Shown: positions 37,216 through 47,994 of the stretch, piece by piece
Numbering within the stretch: the first letter of the stretch is position 1
Layout: every line of letters starts with the position of its first letter
Source: Macrostomum lignano
Taxonomy: Eukaryota
Direction of reading: 5' to 3'
Assembly: GCA_002269645.1 (NCBI GenBank)
Contig: NIVC01001971.1
Coordinates: 1-64,000, forward strand
Length of the DNA: 64,000 nt
Made by a program: the position numbers and the translations under genes
The notes under the pieces: model-generated
Database searches by the model: none
Seen by the model: only the letters and a program-made list of their open reading frames with translations
Told to the model about the DNA's origin: nothing

Positions 37216-37731
37216 AGAATCTGAAAATGGAACTTTGCCTATTTGCACACAAAATCCCTTGACAATGTTCTCAATAAATTCATGGCTAAACAGTTCTCTA
37301 AAGTCCAGATTTCTAGTCTGCAGTGTCCATGGCCAGACAGAGACTATAGCGGGCTGATGACTGTACTGGATAATACTGACTGCCTGGCTGCTAAATCGAG
37401 CGCGATTCGTTAAGGCGTAACGACTGAACCGCACTGCACTCTTCGTAATTACGTATCGACCGAATCGCCCAATAATATAAGCTAGTACGAATGCTGTGTA
37501 GTGTATATTTACAGTCTGAATAATCTGAAATTACCGCCCCAGAGGTCCCTACTGGCGCCAGAAAATTGTCTGTGACTACTAAAATCCAAAGCAGTGGACA
37601 GGGCAGCTCAGCGTCTTGACTCTCGCGTCACGACCCCCGAGCACTCACGAGCACTTCTTCATCGTCAATAATAAATAATTAATTGATTGCATCTGCATCT
37701 GCATCAACTGGGCTAGATGTGCAACCTTCGA

Positions 37732-37965
37732 GCTATTGCACGGCGTATCTGAAGGCTGCGTACGGCTGTTCAGTCTAAGGATTTGGGGACACCCTCAATT
37801 ATCCCAGCTAATGCTGGCACCCATTTTACAGCTGCTGGGTGAACTGAAGCAATGCAGAGTTATGTGTCTTGCTCAAGAACACAAACTGTTCCGAGTGGGT
37901 CGAGAATCGAACCCCCGACCTTTCAGTCGTGAGTCCGACGCTCTAGCCACTAGGCTACAACCCCC
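37732..37965 (-). mobile_element. tRNA-derived SINE, copy 2 (more complete)
   Basis: Minus strand: GGGGTTGTAGCCTAGTGGCTAGAGCG (A box), GGTTCGATT (B box), then CTTGAGCAAGACACATAACTCTGCATTGCTTCAGTTCACCCAGCAGCTGTAAAATGGG, reminiscent of the MIR/CORE-type central domain. Confidence 0.82.
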
Positions 37966-39676
37966 TCATCGTCAGGCAATGTCCACAGAGTTGGCCCTAA
38001 CAAGCATGAGTATAGCATAGCAGAAGCTTTCAGCGTGAAACCCAGCATTCATGAGGTGACACCGCGGACTCGAAGCTATGATGCCTGTTACGAGGATCTC
38101 ACGCGTTACAGCTCCACCGCTTGTCATTCCCTGGATCAATCATTCATCTACCGTCGTCTTCGCTTGGGTGCCAACCAATAGGGATAATATAGCTTTGTCA
38201 ACATGCGTTAAGTAAGGAAAAACTCTCCGAGTCTTGACACTCCCCCCCCCTAGATCGTACACTCAGCTTTCCTCAACCTATCCTATCAACATGCTTCGCT
38301 GCCTCTCCAGCCCCCGTGACCCCGCTCTGATCAATAAATAGCTCAGAAGTTCATTCTGAGGTTGGAGAGCGCATAAAAAAAGAGAAAGCCACACTGCAAA
38401 GGCGTCTCTCCCCCCCCCAAGCCTTTGCCATTTCATTCTCACTGGCTTCGCCGTCTTCCGCTTTGGCAATCGGCGGCAGCGTCATTGACAGAGAGTTTGT
38501 GCGCCATCGAATGCGGCAGGGTGTGCCCTGGCTACTCTGCTCCCCGCTACCTCTCTCCCCATCCCTCCTGCCTCACCATCGCTGTTAAAAGTACACAGGA
38601 CACGGGGGGGATAAAGTGGCTTGACCATTCACCTTAGGAAATGAGCATGATTGAGATAGAAGTGATGACGAATGACGACGGGAATAAACTTACTGCATCG
38701 TTCGCTCCCATAAAGCCTAAAAGTTAGCCCCCTCAAAATTGGAGCCATATTGCAGATTCCAATTTTCTATTTATCTCTACCGAAAATGCTTCCAAGCTGC
38801 ATCTAGCAGCCTAATCCCACAGGCTGATTGCTCGCATTTAGTGGATCAGATGAAGAAGCGCAGGCAGCTGCGAAGGGATGTGCGCGCGACAGCTATCAGC
38901 TCAAGATGCCACTTCTTGCCATCCTATGGGGAGCTGCCAGTGCATCCCTATTCCTTCCTGTCATCGGCTTCTTGCTCGCGCCTCGCCCCAGCCTCGCCCT
39001 CGCCCAGAAAGAAGGGCTATGAGAGATGGCCACTAGGAGAGGGGGAGGGGCATGGCTGCTCCAGACCGCCCAGGCCTCTGTCACTATAAAACCACGCCAG
39101 CACACGGCACTGGTGGCAGCAGTTATCATCTCTCTCTCCCTGTCTCGTTCGCCAGCCTCAAGACAAACCGTCCCTCTGAATTATCGGCAACTGCTGAGAG
39201 TCAAACTGCTTCAGCACTAAGCTGTGGACTATAGTTTCCTTTGTCCTCTACCGCCTGCTGGTTGAGACGACTTTGGAAGGCTCACCTCTAAAAACTGAGA
39301 CAGAGAAAAGCCAAGGAAGGAGGCTGAGGGACAGAGCGGAGGAACACCGGTTGAAGACCTTTCTCCCTGTCTCTTTCTCAAGGCCGGCCTAAAAGTTTTC
39401 TTCCCAAGTCATCCGACCTCGCTGAGCTTCCTATACTTTTCTATTCCGCCTCCCTATACTCCCCAAGGCCCTCCTTCTGTCTCCGTTTTCTCGCCAACCA
39501 GCGCTCTCGCACACTCGGGAGGGAATTAGTGCGGCACCCTCCCCCCAGCCCCGTGCCTCGTCCCCACACACACACGCGCGCGCCCTACTGGTGGAGAGGG
39601 ACTTTTTTTATCGCGCGCCAAACAGAGAGAGAGAGAGAGGCAGAGATAGCAGTAGCAGCGGCAGCCAGAAGGCCGC

Positions 39677-39792
39677 ATGGGAATCGGCCCCAGCTCACTG
39701 TGCCCACCGTTGCATCCGTCAGCGCCGCCCCAATCGAGCTTAACCTTCGCCCTGAGGCCAGGCCGCCCAGGCAGCAGCAGCAGCAGCAGCAG
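39677..39792 (+). CDS. unc-13: 5' part of a giant low-complexity exon (probable alternative unc-13 N-terminus), interrupted by the retrotransposon
   Basis: ATG at 39677 reads MGIGPSSLCPPLHPSAPPQSSLTFALRPGRPGSSSSSS. Removing the element and one (CAG)7 copy joins it in frame to 44491-47191 (116+2701 = 2817 nt, 939 codons). Confidence 0.6.
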
Positions 39793-39834
39793 CCCGTTGA
39801 TTCCCATAGGAGTCGAGCGCCTCCTGGCGCGGTC

Positions 39835-41385
39835 ATGGGGGGTGCCTCTTCGCGGCGACCCGGACGTAGCGCCAAACCCCCTTTCCATAGGTCACCTCAC
39901 TATCACCTGGCTAGAGCCCTCGGCTCTGCCAGGTCGGTGATCGCTCAAGTTGCTCCTCTGCTCGTGCTGCTTCTTCTTCTGCTGGGCTGCGTCGAACTCA
40001 ATCCGGGCCCCATCTGCACGACCTGCTCCAAAGCGATTCGCACCACCAACTCTCCGCAATGTGCCGCTGCCTCTTGCGCTGAGCGTTGCCATCTACAGTC
40101 GCGCTGCAGCGGTCTCTCGCGGCTCCAGCTGGCTGACCCCGCGCGTATCTGGCTGTGCCCCAGGCACAGCGCTGCCCCGCGGGGCGCGTCCGCGGGCAGG
40201 CCCTCCCGGCCGCCCCGGCCCCCGCCCCCGGCTCTGCGCAAGCGCCAACGATCGACTTCTGCGCGGCTTGCGGCACACGCATTCGTTCCGGCACTGCTCC
40301 GCTCAGATGCTCCCACAGCGACTGCCCACTCCTTGTGCACCGTTCTCGCAATTGCAGTGGCCTCTCTCGTTATCTCGGCGCCCCTGCTTGGACCTGCCAG
40401 GCGCATTGTCCAGCCCCTCAGCGCTCAATTGCCGGTCGCCATCCGGCCAGGCCCCACGAACTGCGCCCCCTCGCCCGCACCACCTGCTCCAAGTGCGGCA
40501 CCAGCATTCGTCAGGGCGCCCCTCGCCTCACCTGCTCCGTCTGCGGCGGCACTAGCCACAAGAGCTGCTCTGGCCTCACGCGCGAAGGCGCCAACTCAGC
40601 TCTCCGGGGAGCCTGGCTCTGCAAATCCTGCTCCCCGCGGGCACTTCCAGCCAGTCGATCCGTCACCTTGGAGATCACTCCGCGTCTTCTCGTGTACGCT
40701 CCACTGCCCTCACGGTCTGCTCCTCTACGCTTCCCTCGGCTAGCAGCATTCGCTTTCTGCAATGGAACGCCGACGGGCTATGTCCCAAACTCAGTGAGCT
40801 CATGGACAGACTTAAAGAGCTCCACATTGACGTCGCTGTCATCCAGGAGACGAAACTCAACTCCAGAATTCAGCTCCCGTCGACCCCCGGCTACTCCCAA
40901 GTCAGAGCGGACAGGCCAGGGACTCAGTCTGGAGGCGGTCTCCTCTTCCTCATCAACGAGCACCTCTGCTTTCGTCGCGGACCGTACACCTACTCGGCCC
41001 CGGTTGAGGTCCTACAGGTTGACATCCAAATCTCCAAGCGCTCCTGGCTCAGAGCTGTTAACCTGTATGCGGCGCCGCTTCGCTCTTGCGAAGACCCTGT
41101 TCCCGCTTCGGAATGGAACTGCGTCCCAACCGACAGCAACACGATAGTTTTTGGAGACGTCAACGCGCACTCTCCGCTGTGGGATGGCTCCCAACCGCCC
41201 GACGCGCGTGGCGACTCCCTCGTGGACTGGAGCACTTCCCACAACATGTGCTTTCTGAATGATGGTTCCCACACCCGGGTGAACAGAGCCACTGCAGGCC
41301 TCAGCACCCCGGATGTCACGGCTGCCCCGCCGGGCTGGGCTGAGAAGGCCGACTGGAGCGTCGATGAAGATCTCGGGCGGATCAC
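39835..41385 (+). CDS. Retrotransposon polyprotein, N-terminal part: 2A-like peptide, three PHD-like fingers, APE endonuclease (split by single-base deficits)
   Basis: ATG at 39835; LLLLLLGCVELNPGP; three CxxC..C..H..C..WxCxx(C/H) modules; APE motifs IRFLQWNADGL, AVIQETKL, GGGLLFLI, FGDVNAHSPLW and PDVT. Frames run 1, 3, 2. Confidence 0.8.
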
Positions 41386-44300
41386 TTGCCTATCATCGTC
41401 CGGTTCCACACGGCTACCATCCAGCACAAGGCTCCTGGCCGCATGGTTTGGCGCAAGAAGGGCGCCGACTGGCAGGGCTTCAGCGCCGCCACCGAGGAAG
41501 CCTTCCGCAACCTCCCTAAGTCCCGCCTGTCGGTTCACAAACGCATCCTTCGCTTCAATCAGATCATCCTGGAGCAGGCGCACAAACACATAGGCAAAAT
41601 CCGGCTTAAGAGACAATCCAAGCCCTGGCTTACCCAAGAAGCTAAAGCTGCCATCAAGCGCCGCAACCGCCTCCGGCACGAAGTGCATCATAGGCGTCAA
41701 GAGTGGCTCGACGCTTGCATCGAAGCTTCCCGGCTCACCCGCGACGCCAAAGACTCTGCCTGGAAGGAATACCTCGCCGACCTGCACCACAGCCATGATT
41801 CGAGCCAGGCGTGGAAACTGATCAGGTCCCTCAGCGGCTCCCCGGGCTCCTCCGCGCCCAACGAGGCTCTGCTCGTGGGTGAACGCTCTCTCACTGACAA
41901 CCGCAGCAAAGCCAACGCCTTCGCCAGCCACTATGCTTCTGTCTGTCGCCTCAAGATCGACAGTGACGACCGGGCGGTCGTCAGGCGCGCCAAAGCCATT
42001 CTGCGGAGCAACGCGCCGGCTACCGCGGAGACCCCACCCATCACCATGGAGGAGCTTCGCGGAGCGATTGCTCATCAGAAGACTAACGGCGCCGCCGGCC
42101 CGGACGACATTTCCCCGCGCATGTTGCAACACCTGGGGGACGCAGCCCTCTTAGAGTTGCTGTTTATCTTCAACATGTCGCTGCACACCGGATCCCTGGG
42201 CCACATCTGGCGTTGCGCCATTATCATCCCGCTTCTTAAAGCCGGCAAGTCGGCCAGAGAGATCTCCAGTTTCCGCCCAGTGAGCCTCACCTCCTGTGCC
42301 GTTAAACTTCTGGAGCGAATCATCGACACCAGACTGAGACACCTCGCCAACTCTCGTGGCTGGATCTCGCCGGCCCAGGCTGGCTTCCGTGCGATGTACT
42401 CGTGCGAGGACCTGTTACTCAGAGTTGTGCAGGACATTAGCGACGGCTTCCAACTCAAACCGGCCGAAAGGACCATTCTCGCCCTCCTGGACTACTCTAA
42501 GGCGTTCGACAAAGTGTGGCGCGAGAAGCTTATCACCATCCTCGCTGATAAAGGTGTCCCGCTTGCTTACATTCGCTGGATTTCGTCCTTCCTCAGCGAC
42601 CGCCGCGCTCGGGTTTCCTTCAACGGGTCCCTCAGCAAGTCCAAGCCGATGCGCCAAGGCCTTCCGCAGGGATCCGTCCTGGGACCGCTGCTATTCACGC
42701 TTTTCATTGACCCTGTCGTCTCCGTTATCCCTGAGGATGTTGGCATCACGTTATACGCTGACGACATCTCTCTCAGATGCAGGCACCGCAACAAGCTCAC
42801 GGCCGCCTCCCGCCTTCAGGCCGCCCTCAACGCTGTTACCGCCTGGAGCTCCTCCAACAAGATGGTGCTCAACGCTGACAAGAGTGAAATCGCCTTCTTT
42901 TCTACCGACCCCAGCGAAGCGAGCTGGAGCCCCTCGCTCTTCATCGGGCATTCCCAAGTTCGGCACTGCAGCACTCCTAGACTCCTAGGCATTACCCTGG
43001 ACCGTACGCTCAGCTTTAACGCGCACGTCAACGACATCTGCAGCAGAGTCCTGTCCCGCTGCCGCATGCTGTCCTGCCTCGCGGCTCGGGACTGGGGTTG
43101 GCGCAAGGAGCGCCTTCGCGGCGTCTACCTGGCTATGCAGCAGAGCCTTCTTAACTACGCGGCCCCGGCTTGGCAACCTTGGCTTTCCAGCACCTCCTTC
43201 GAGCGCCTTGAGCGCGCGCAAAACCAGGCCCTCAGAATCGTCACGGGCTTGCACCGCTCGGCGCCGCTTGACGCTGTGCACCTGGAGGCCGGCATCGGCA
43301 GCTACAGGAACACCAGCGACCGCCTTTGCCTCATCGCCAGGGAACGCGCGCTCAGGCTGCCCAACGACCATCCTCGCGCCATCGCCCTCTCGGGCACCGT
43401 GCAACACCGGCTCGCCCGCAGTAGCTGGAGACTCCGCTCGGCTCAGCTTGCCAATGGCCTTGGCATTGATCTCACGCCGCGTCTGCCGCTCACACCGGCC
43501 TTCCCATGCCCCTGGCTGGACCAACATCTTCCGGCGATCCTAGCTGACAATCCTTTGCCTCCGGCCACCACGCCCCCGTTGGAGCGCTGTCTTGCCGCTC
43601 TCGACGTCATCCGGTCTCACCCGGCTGAGCTCGTCATTTACTGCGATGGTTCGGCGGCCGGCGGCTCCGAGGCTGGCGGGGCGGCCGCTGTGGTCACCAT
43701 CGGAGACCCGGCAGTCCCGACGACCGTGGAAGCCCGCACGTCCGCTGGCAGCCGCTACACCAGCTCCTTTGAAGAGGAACTCCGCGCTCTGGTCCTAGCC
43801 CTCGACTACCTCCGCTCGCACCCCACGCGCCCTGCCATCATCTGCTCTGACAGTCAGTCTCTTCTGCGCGCCCTTCAGCGTCCCTTCAGCCGCCTGGCCT
43901 CTTCCCTCCGCTTCCCGCACAACTGCCGCGCTCTCCTGTGGGTCCCGGGTCATGTCGGCATTCCGGGCAATGAACTCGCGGACCGCGCTGCTAACTCCGC
44001 TGCCGCCAACGCCGATGAAGCACCGCGCCCCAGCATCAGTTTTCCCACTGCCGCCTCGGTGATCCGCCGCACTCTGGTTGACAAGCCGGTCACCCACGCG
44101 AGATCTCGTCTCACCTATGCCTCCGCCGACGCCGAAAAGGAACGTCGGCTTATTACTAACCGCAAAGACGCTGTCCTTCTTGCCCGGCTGCGCTCCGGCC
44201 ACTCCAGCCTCTTCGGAGCCTTCCGCGCCCTCATGGACCCCACGGTGGATCCGACGTGCCAAAGGTGCTTCCTCGAACCAGACACCCTTGAGCACTGGAC

Positions 44301-44437
44301 AGCGTGCCCTGCTCTCGAGGCCGCCCGCCGTCGCTTCATTGGAGCTCCGCTCTCCCTCAGCAACTTGTCCGATTACCCTGATGGTTTGGTCGCGCTGGCC
44401 AGGTTCTGCATGGATCCTGGGCGCGTTTGGGCCAACT

Positions 44438-44439
<2 letters not shown>
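41386..44439 (+). CDS. Retrotransposon polyprotein, C-terminal part: reverse transcriptase, RNase H and C-terminal Cys/His motif
   Basis: 1017-aa uninterrupted ORF with FRPVSLTS, QAGFR, LDYSKAFDKV, GLPQGSVLGPLLF and YADD; RNase H YCDGS..EEELRAL..SDSQS..WVPGHVGIPGNELADRAA; CQRC..EHWTAC. Confidence 0.93.
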
Positions 44440-44471
<32 letters not shown>

Positions 44472-44490
44472 GCAGCAGCAGCAGCAGCAG

Positions 44491-47191
44491 CTCAAACTGC
44501 TCAGCCAATAGTGATCCAGCTGCCGACTTCTCGGCCGCCACCCCAGCAGTCGGCCGCCCCAACGCCGCCGGCGATTCTCAAACCTATACAAGCAGCCGAG
44601 CCCGGATGACCGCAGCCAGCAACAGTGCCAGGCTGAGGCCGCTAAATCGACAACGCGCGGTGCAACATCAGAATGAAGCGGACAGCCTCCGCTGGTGGCA
44701 GCCGCCGCCACCGCCGCCGCCGCCGCAGCTGTTATCAAACGAACTCGTCCAGCAACCAAAACTATCAGCTACGCTAATTATCAGCAACTGCTGCGCCGAT
44801 AGCCAAATGTCGTCCATTCACCTGCGCAATCACCCGCTCAGCCCGCGGCCGTCGCGCTCCCCCAGCCCGGACCTCATGCCCGGCTACACACCGCCGCTGC
44901 CTGCGCCTGCCGCCGGTCTCTCCTGGACAGCCAGCTCGAGTCCCGGCGGCAGCAGCACCAATCCCTACCTGGCCAGGTCTCGCTACCTGACCGCCGCTGC
45001 CAACTCCGACCTGCACGGCCCGCTGACTGTCGACACGCGGCACCAGCCGCCTCATCCGCTGTTCCACCAGCCCGAGGCCTCCGTCAAGCGGGACAAATTC
45101 GCCAATGCCGGCTACTCTTCTGGCTACTATTCGAACTCGAATGCCGCCATCGACAATAATAGCAGCTTTCAGCTGATGCCGATGGAGTCGGCCACCTCCT
45201 TCGAGTCCGGAGACGATGCCGAATCTATCGAGGCTGAGCTGCTTCAGCATCACCGCGGAGCTCAGCAGAGGCAGCACTGCCCCCGGCACGGCGGCCCCAC
45301 CGATCCCATGGACCCCTTCGGCCAGTTCGCCGACTGCGTATGCCCGCACCCGCGCTACGCCGGTCCAGCAGCCGCCCGCATCAACAGCGACTTTGACGAG
45401 TCGGACGGCAACGCCGGCGAGGAGGACGCAATGGCGATGGCGGCCGCGCTTAGGCCCCCGACTGTTCGGGTCTTCTTCGACCCGAACTGGGAGTCCGCCA
45501 GGGAGACCGACATCCTCGGCGGCGTCGGCTGCAGCGGCGCCGGTATCGACTCACCGGACGCCGATTCTAGTAGCGACTTGGCGGCCCTGTCCGATTTCCA
45601 GCGTCGCTATCCGGTTCACCTGGACGACAAGGACGAGCGCAACACCTGGTCGTCTTCGTCGACAGCGACTTCGTCGGCTTCGTCCTCACCGACAACTCTG
45701 CTGGGCAGGAGCAGCTCCGCCTACTTGCGCGTCGGCGCCCCGTTTACCATGCGCGGCGCCTCCGATCGGGATAGAAGCGTCGAGGACGTCACTAAACTGG
45801 ACGACATCGACGTGCGCTCGATCAAATCCTCGCATTCGCAGGACTGCATCACCTGCGAGATCCTGGCATCTGCTGTGCCACATGACGTCGACTCGACGAC
45901 TGCTAAACTGAGCGAAGTGCCGAACGGAAGCGGCGCGCCGCCAGGGACCTACGGTGCCGGGGCCGAGGAGCGGCGCAGCCAAGGTCTGGAAGTGTCGGTT
46001 ACCGAATGCCCAAACGATCGACTTTCACCGTACGACAATCTGGATAATATCATACACGAGGAGGATGAGGAACTGGTTTCCTCTCCAGACTCCGTGCCCA
46101 GCGTGATCAACAGTCAACAGGCTGCGGCGGCGGATTCTCGTCACGGAGAACTCGCCAAATTCAGCAGCAAGTCGAGGCTGCCGCCGACCGGAGCGATCTC
46201 CGTGGCCGCCACCGTGCATCGTCGGCCGCCGGACGCTACGACCCAGCCTGCGGTTTCGACATCGGCAACGGCAGGTTTTCCAGCGGCGTTGCCAGTTTCA
46301 TCTTCGATGGCAACACAGCCAGCACCGTCTCCAATGGCAACACAGCCAGCACCGTCTCCAATGGCAACACAGCCAGCACCGTCTCCGATGGCAACACAGT
46401 CAGCGGAGTCTTCAACGGCAACACAGCCAGCACCGTCTCCAATGGCAACACAGCCAGCACCGTCTCCGATGGCAACACAGCCAGCACCGTCTCCAATGGC
46501 AACACAGCCAGCACCGTCTCCGATGGCAACACAGCCAGCGGAAACAGTGCCACCAGCGCAGCCCCCAACACCATCGAAGCCTCCACCGCCGCGTCCACCT
46601 CCACCACAGCGGGCGACTCCAAACAGGCAGCAAGCGCAGCCGCAGCCGCAGCCTCTACTAACTCCGTCATCAGCCGCTGAATCTGACCAGCCAATGCAGC
46701 CGCCGCTGTCTCAGGGACGAGCGCCGCATCTGTCGAACTCGCAGCAAACCGACGCCTCGCCGGTCGGTCCGGCAAGCGGCGAGCCGGCTACTGCAGCCGG
46801 CAAGAAGGACAGCCTCGAGTGCGGCGCATCGTCGGGCTACGCGTCCTACGAGAGCCGCTCCAGCGAGCGCCTGGTGGACCGAATGGACCATCAGCAGCAG
46901 CAGCGCCGACCGTCAGAGGGTCCCGAGGCCTCGACGGAGCTCGCGGAGGACGCGGACAGTCAAGCAGCCGCCGCAGCCGGCCAGAGTGGCAACAAATTCG
47001 CCGGCTTCGTTCGCTCGCATTTCGTCAAATTGATGTCGTTCGAATCGGAGGACGGCGCGGGCGCGGCGCCAACGGCGGCAGCGGCGGCCAATTCCGCGGC
47101 GTCGGACGCTCCCGGAGCCGCGCTAGGCGCAGGTGCGGGCTTTCGGCGCCAGCTGCTCAGGAACGCCGCCTCGTCTGAGTCCTCTGGACGC
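44491..47191 (+). CDS. unc-13: 3' part of the giant low-complexity exon (probable alternative unc-13 N-terminal exon)
   Basis: GC-rich open frame with an internal 27-bp coding repeat (ATQPAPSPM, ~46310-46535). A phase-0 GTAAGC donor at 47192 is compatible with the phase-0 acceptor at 55968. The unspliced ORF runs on to a stop at 47308. The link to unc-13 rests on position and phase, not homology. Confidence 0.62.
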
Positions 47192-47994
47192 GTAAGCCTC
47201 GCTAATTCTCCTCGCCCCGCCCCTTCTTCCCCCTCGATAAAGAAATTGCCTCAAGGCCCGCTGCTGGTCTACCGTGGGGAGCTCCCGAGGCAGCGCAAAC
47301 AGCCCTAGGGAGTTGGCCGGGACGGGACCGAGTCGCGGAGAGGGTCGGGGGAGAGAAGTGCGCTCGCTTGGCCAGTTAGGCCGAAACAGGAAGGCGAGGT
47401 TTTCAGTTTCCAGCTAGGGGGCTTCTAGTTAGCCTTCCCTGGTCAACCCCCCACCGCCGAGCTTTGAACAGTCGATCGCCCACTCTGATGGCGCCTCGTC
47501 AATTTATCATCCAACACGCTGAGCTCACTCTCGCACTGTCTCGCCCACGCCTTAGTCAAGTGCCGCGTCCAGTTCGCACCAGCAGCAGCACCACTACCAT
47601 TGAGCTGGCTCTTCTTCCTTTTTCGGCTTCTCTCCCCCGACCCCCGACTCGTCCTTCAATTCCCAATTTCAGCGATAATAGAAGCATAGCGCCAGACACA
47701 AACAGGGCTTATTTGAGCGTGTATAATGGCTAGATTAGGCCGGCTGAGACAGCGAAGGAATTGGAAAAGCCCCGATGGGGATAGGGGAGAGAACGGGAGT
47801 TGAGGAGTTGAGTGTCTCGTATGACTTTTAGGCTGGCTCCCAGCGTGTCCATCAGACTGAGAGTCCTGGATGGCCTAGGCGTCGGGAAAGGGTGTGCTTC
47901 TTCACCCCGAATAACCCTTACTAGCTGAGAGTTGAATAGTGCAGAGAGAGCTTCAGAAAGACTGAGAGAAAAGTACCAGTATGTTTTTGTGTGG

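Larger units (their letters stand above)
39793..44469 (+). mobile_element. Ingi/I-group APE-type non-LTR retrotransposon, apparently full length (~4.7 kb), with (CAA)10 tail and (CAG)7 target-site duplication
   Basis: Domain order 2A-like, PHD x3, APE, RT, RNase H, Cys/His knuckle. TAA at 44437-44439 is followed directly by (CAA)10 at 44440-44469. (CAG)7 lies at both 39772-39792 and 44470-44490. Confidence 0.9.

Noticed and set aside
37890-37965. Genuine tRNA gene (also 33410-33480)
   Set aside because: Anticodon and T stems pair poorly, and the head is fused to a shared repeat body, indicating a SINE.
38823-39089. Extra unc-13 exon starting at the CACAG acceptor (ADCSHLVDQMKKRRQL...)
   Set aside because: No recognisable similarity and no convincing donor; left unassigned.
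40150-41400. Programmed ribosomal frameshifting in the LINE
   Set aside because: I saw no slippery heptamers, one break falls inside the APE SDH motif, and the same one-base deficits occur in unrelated host genes.
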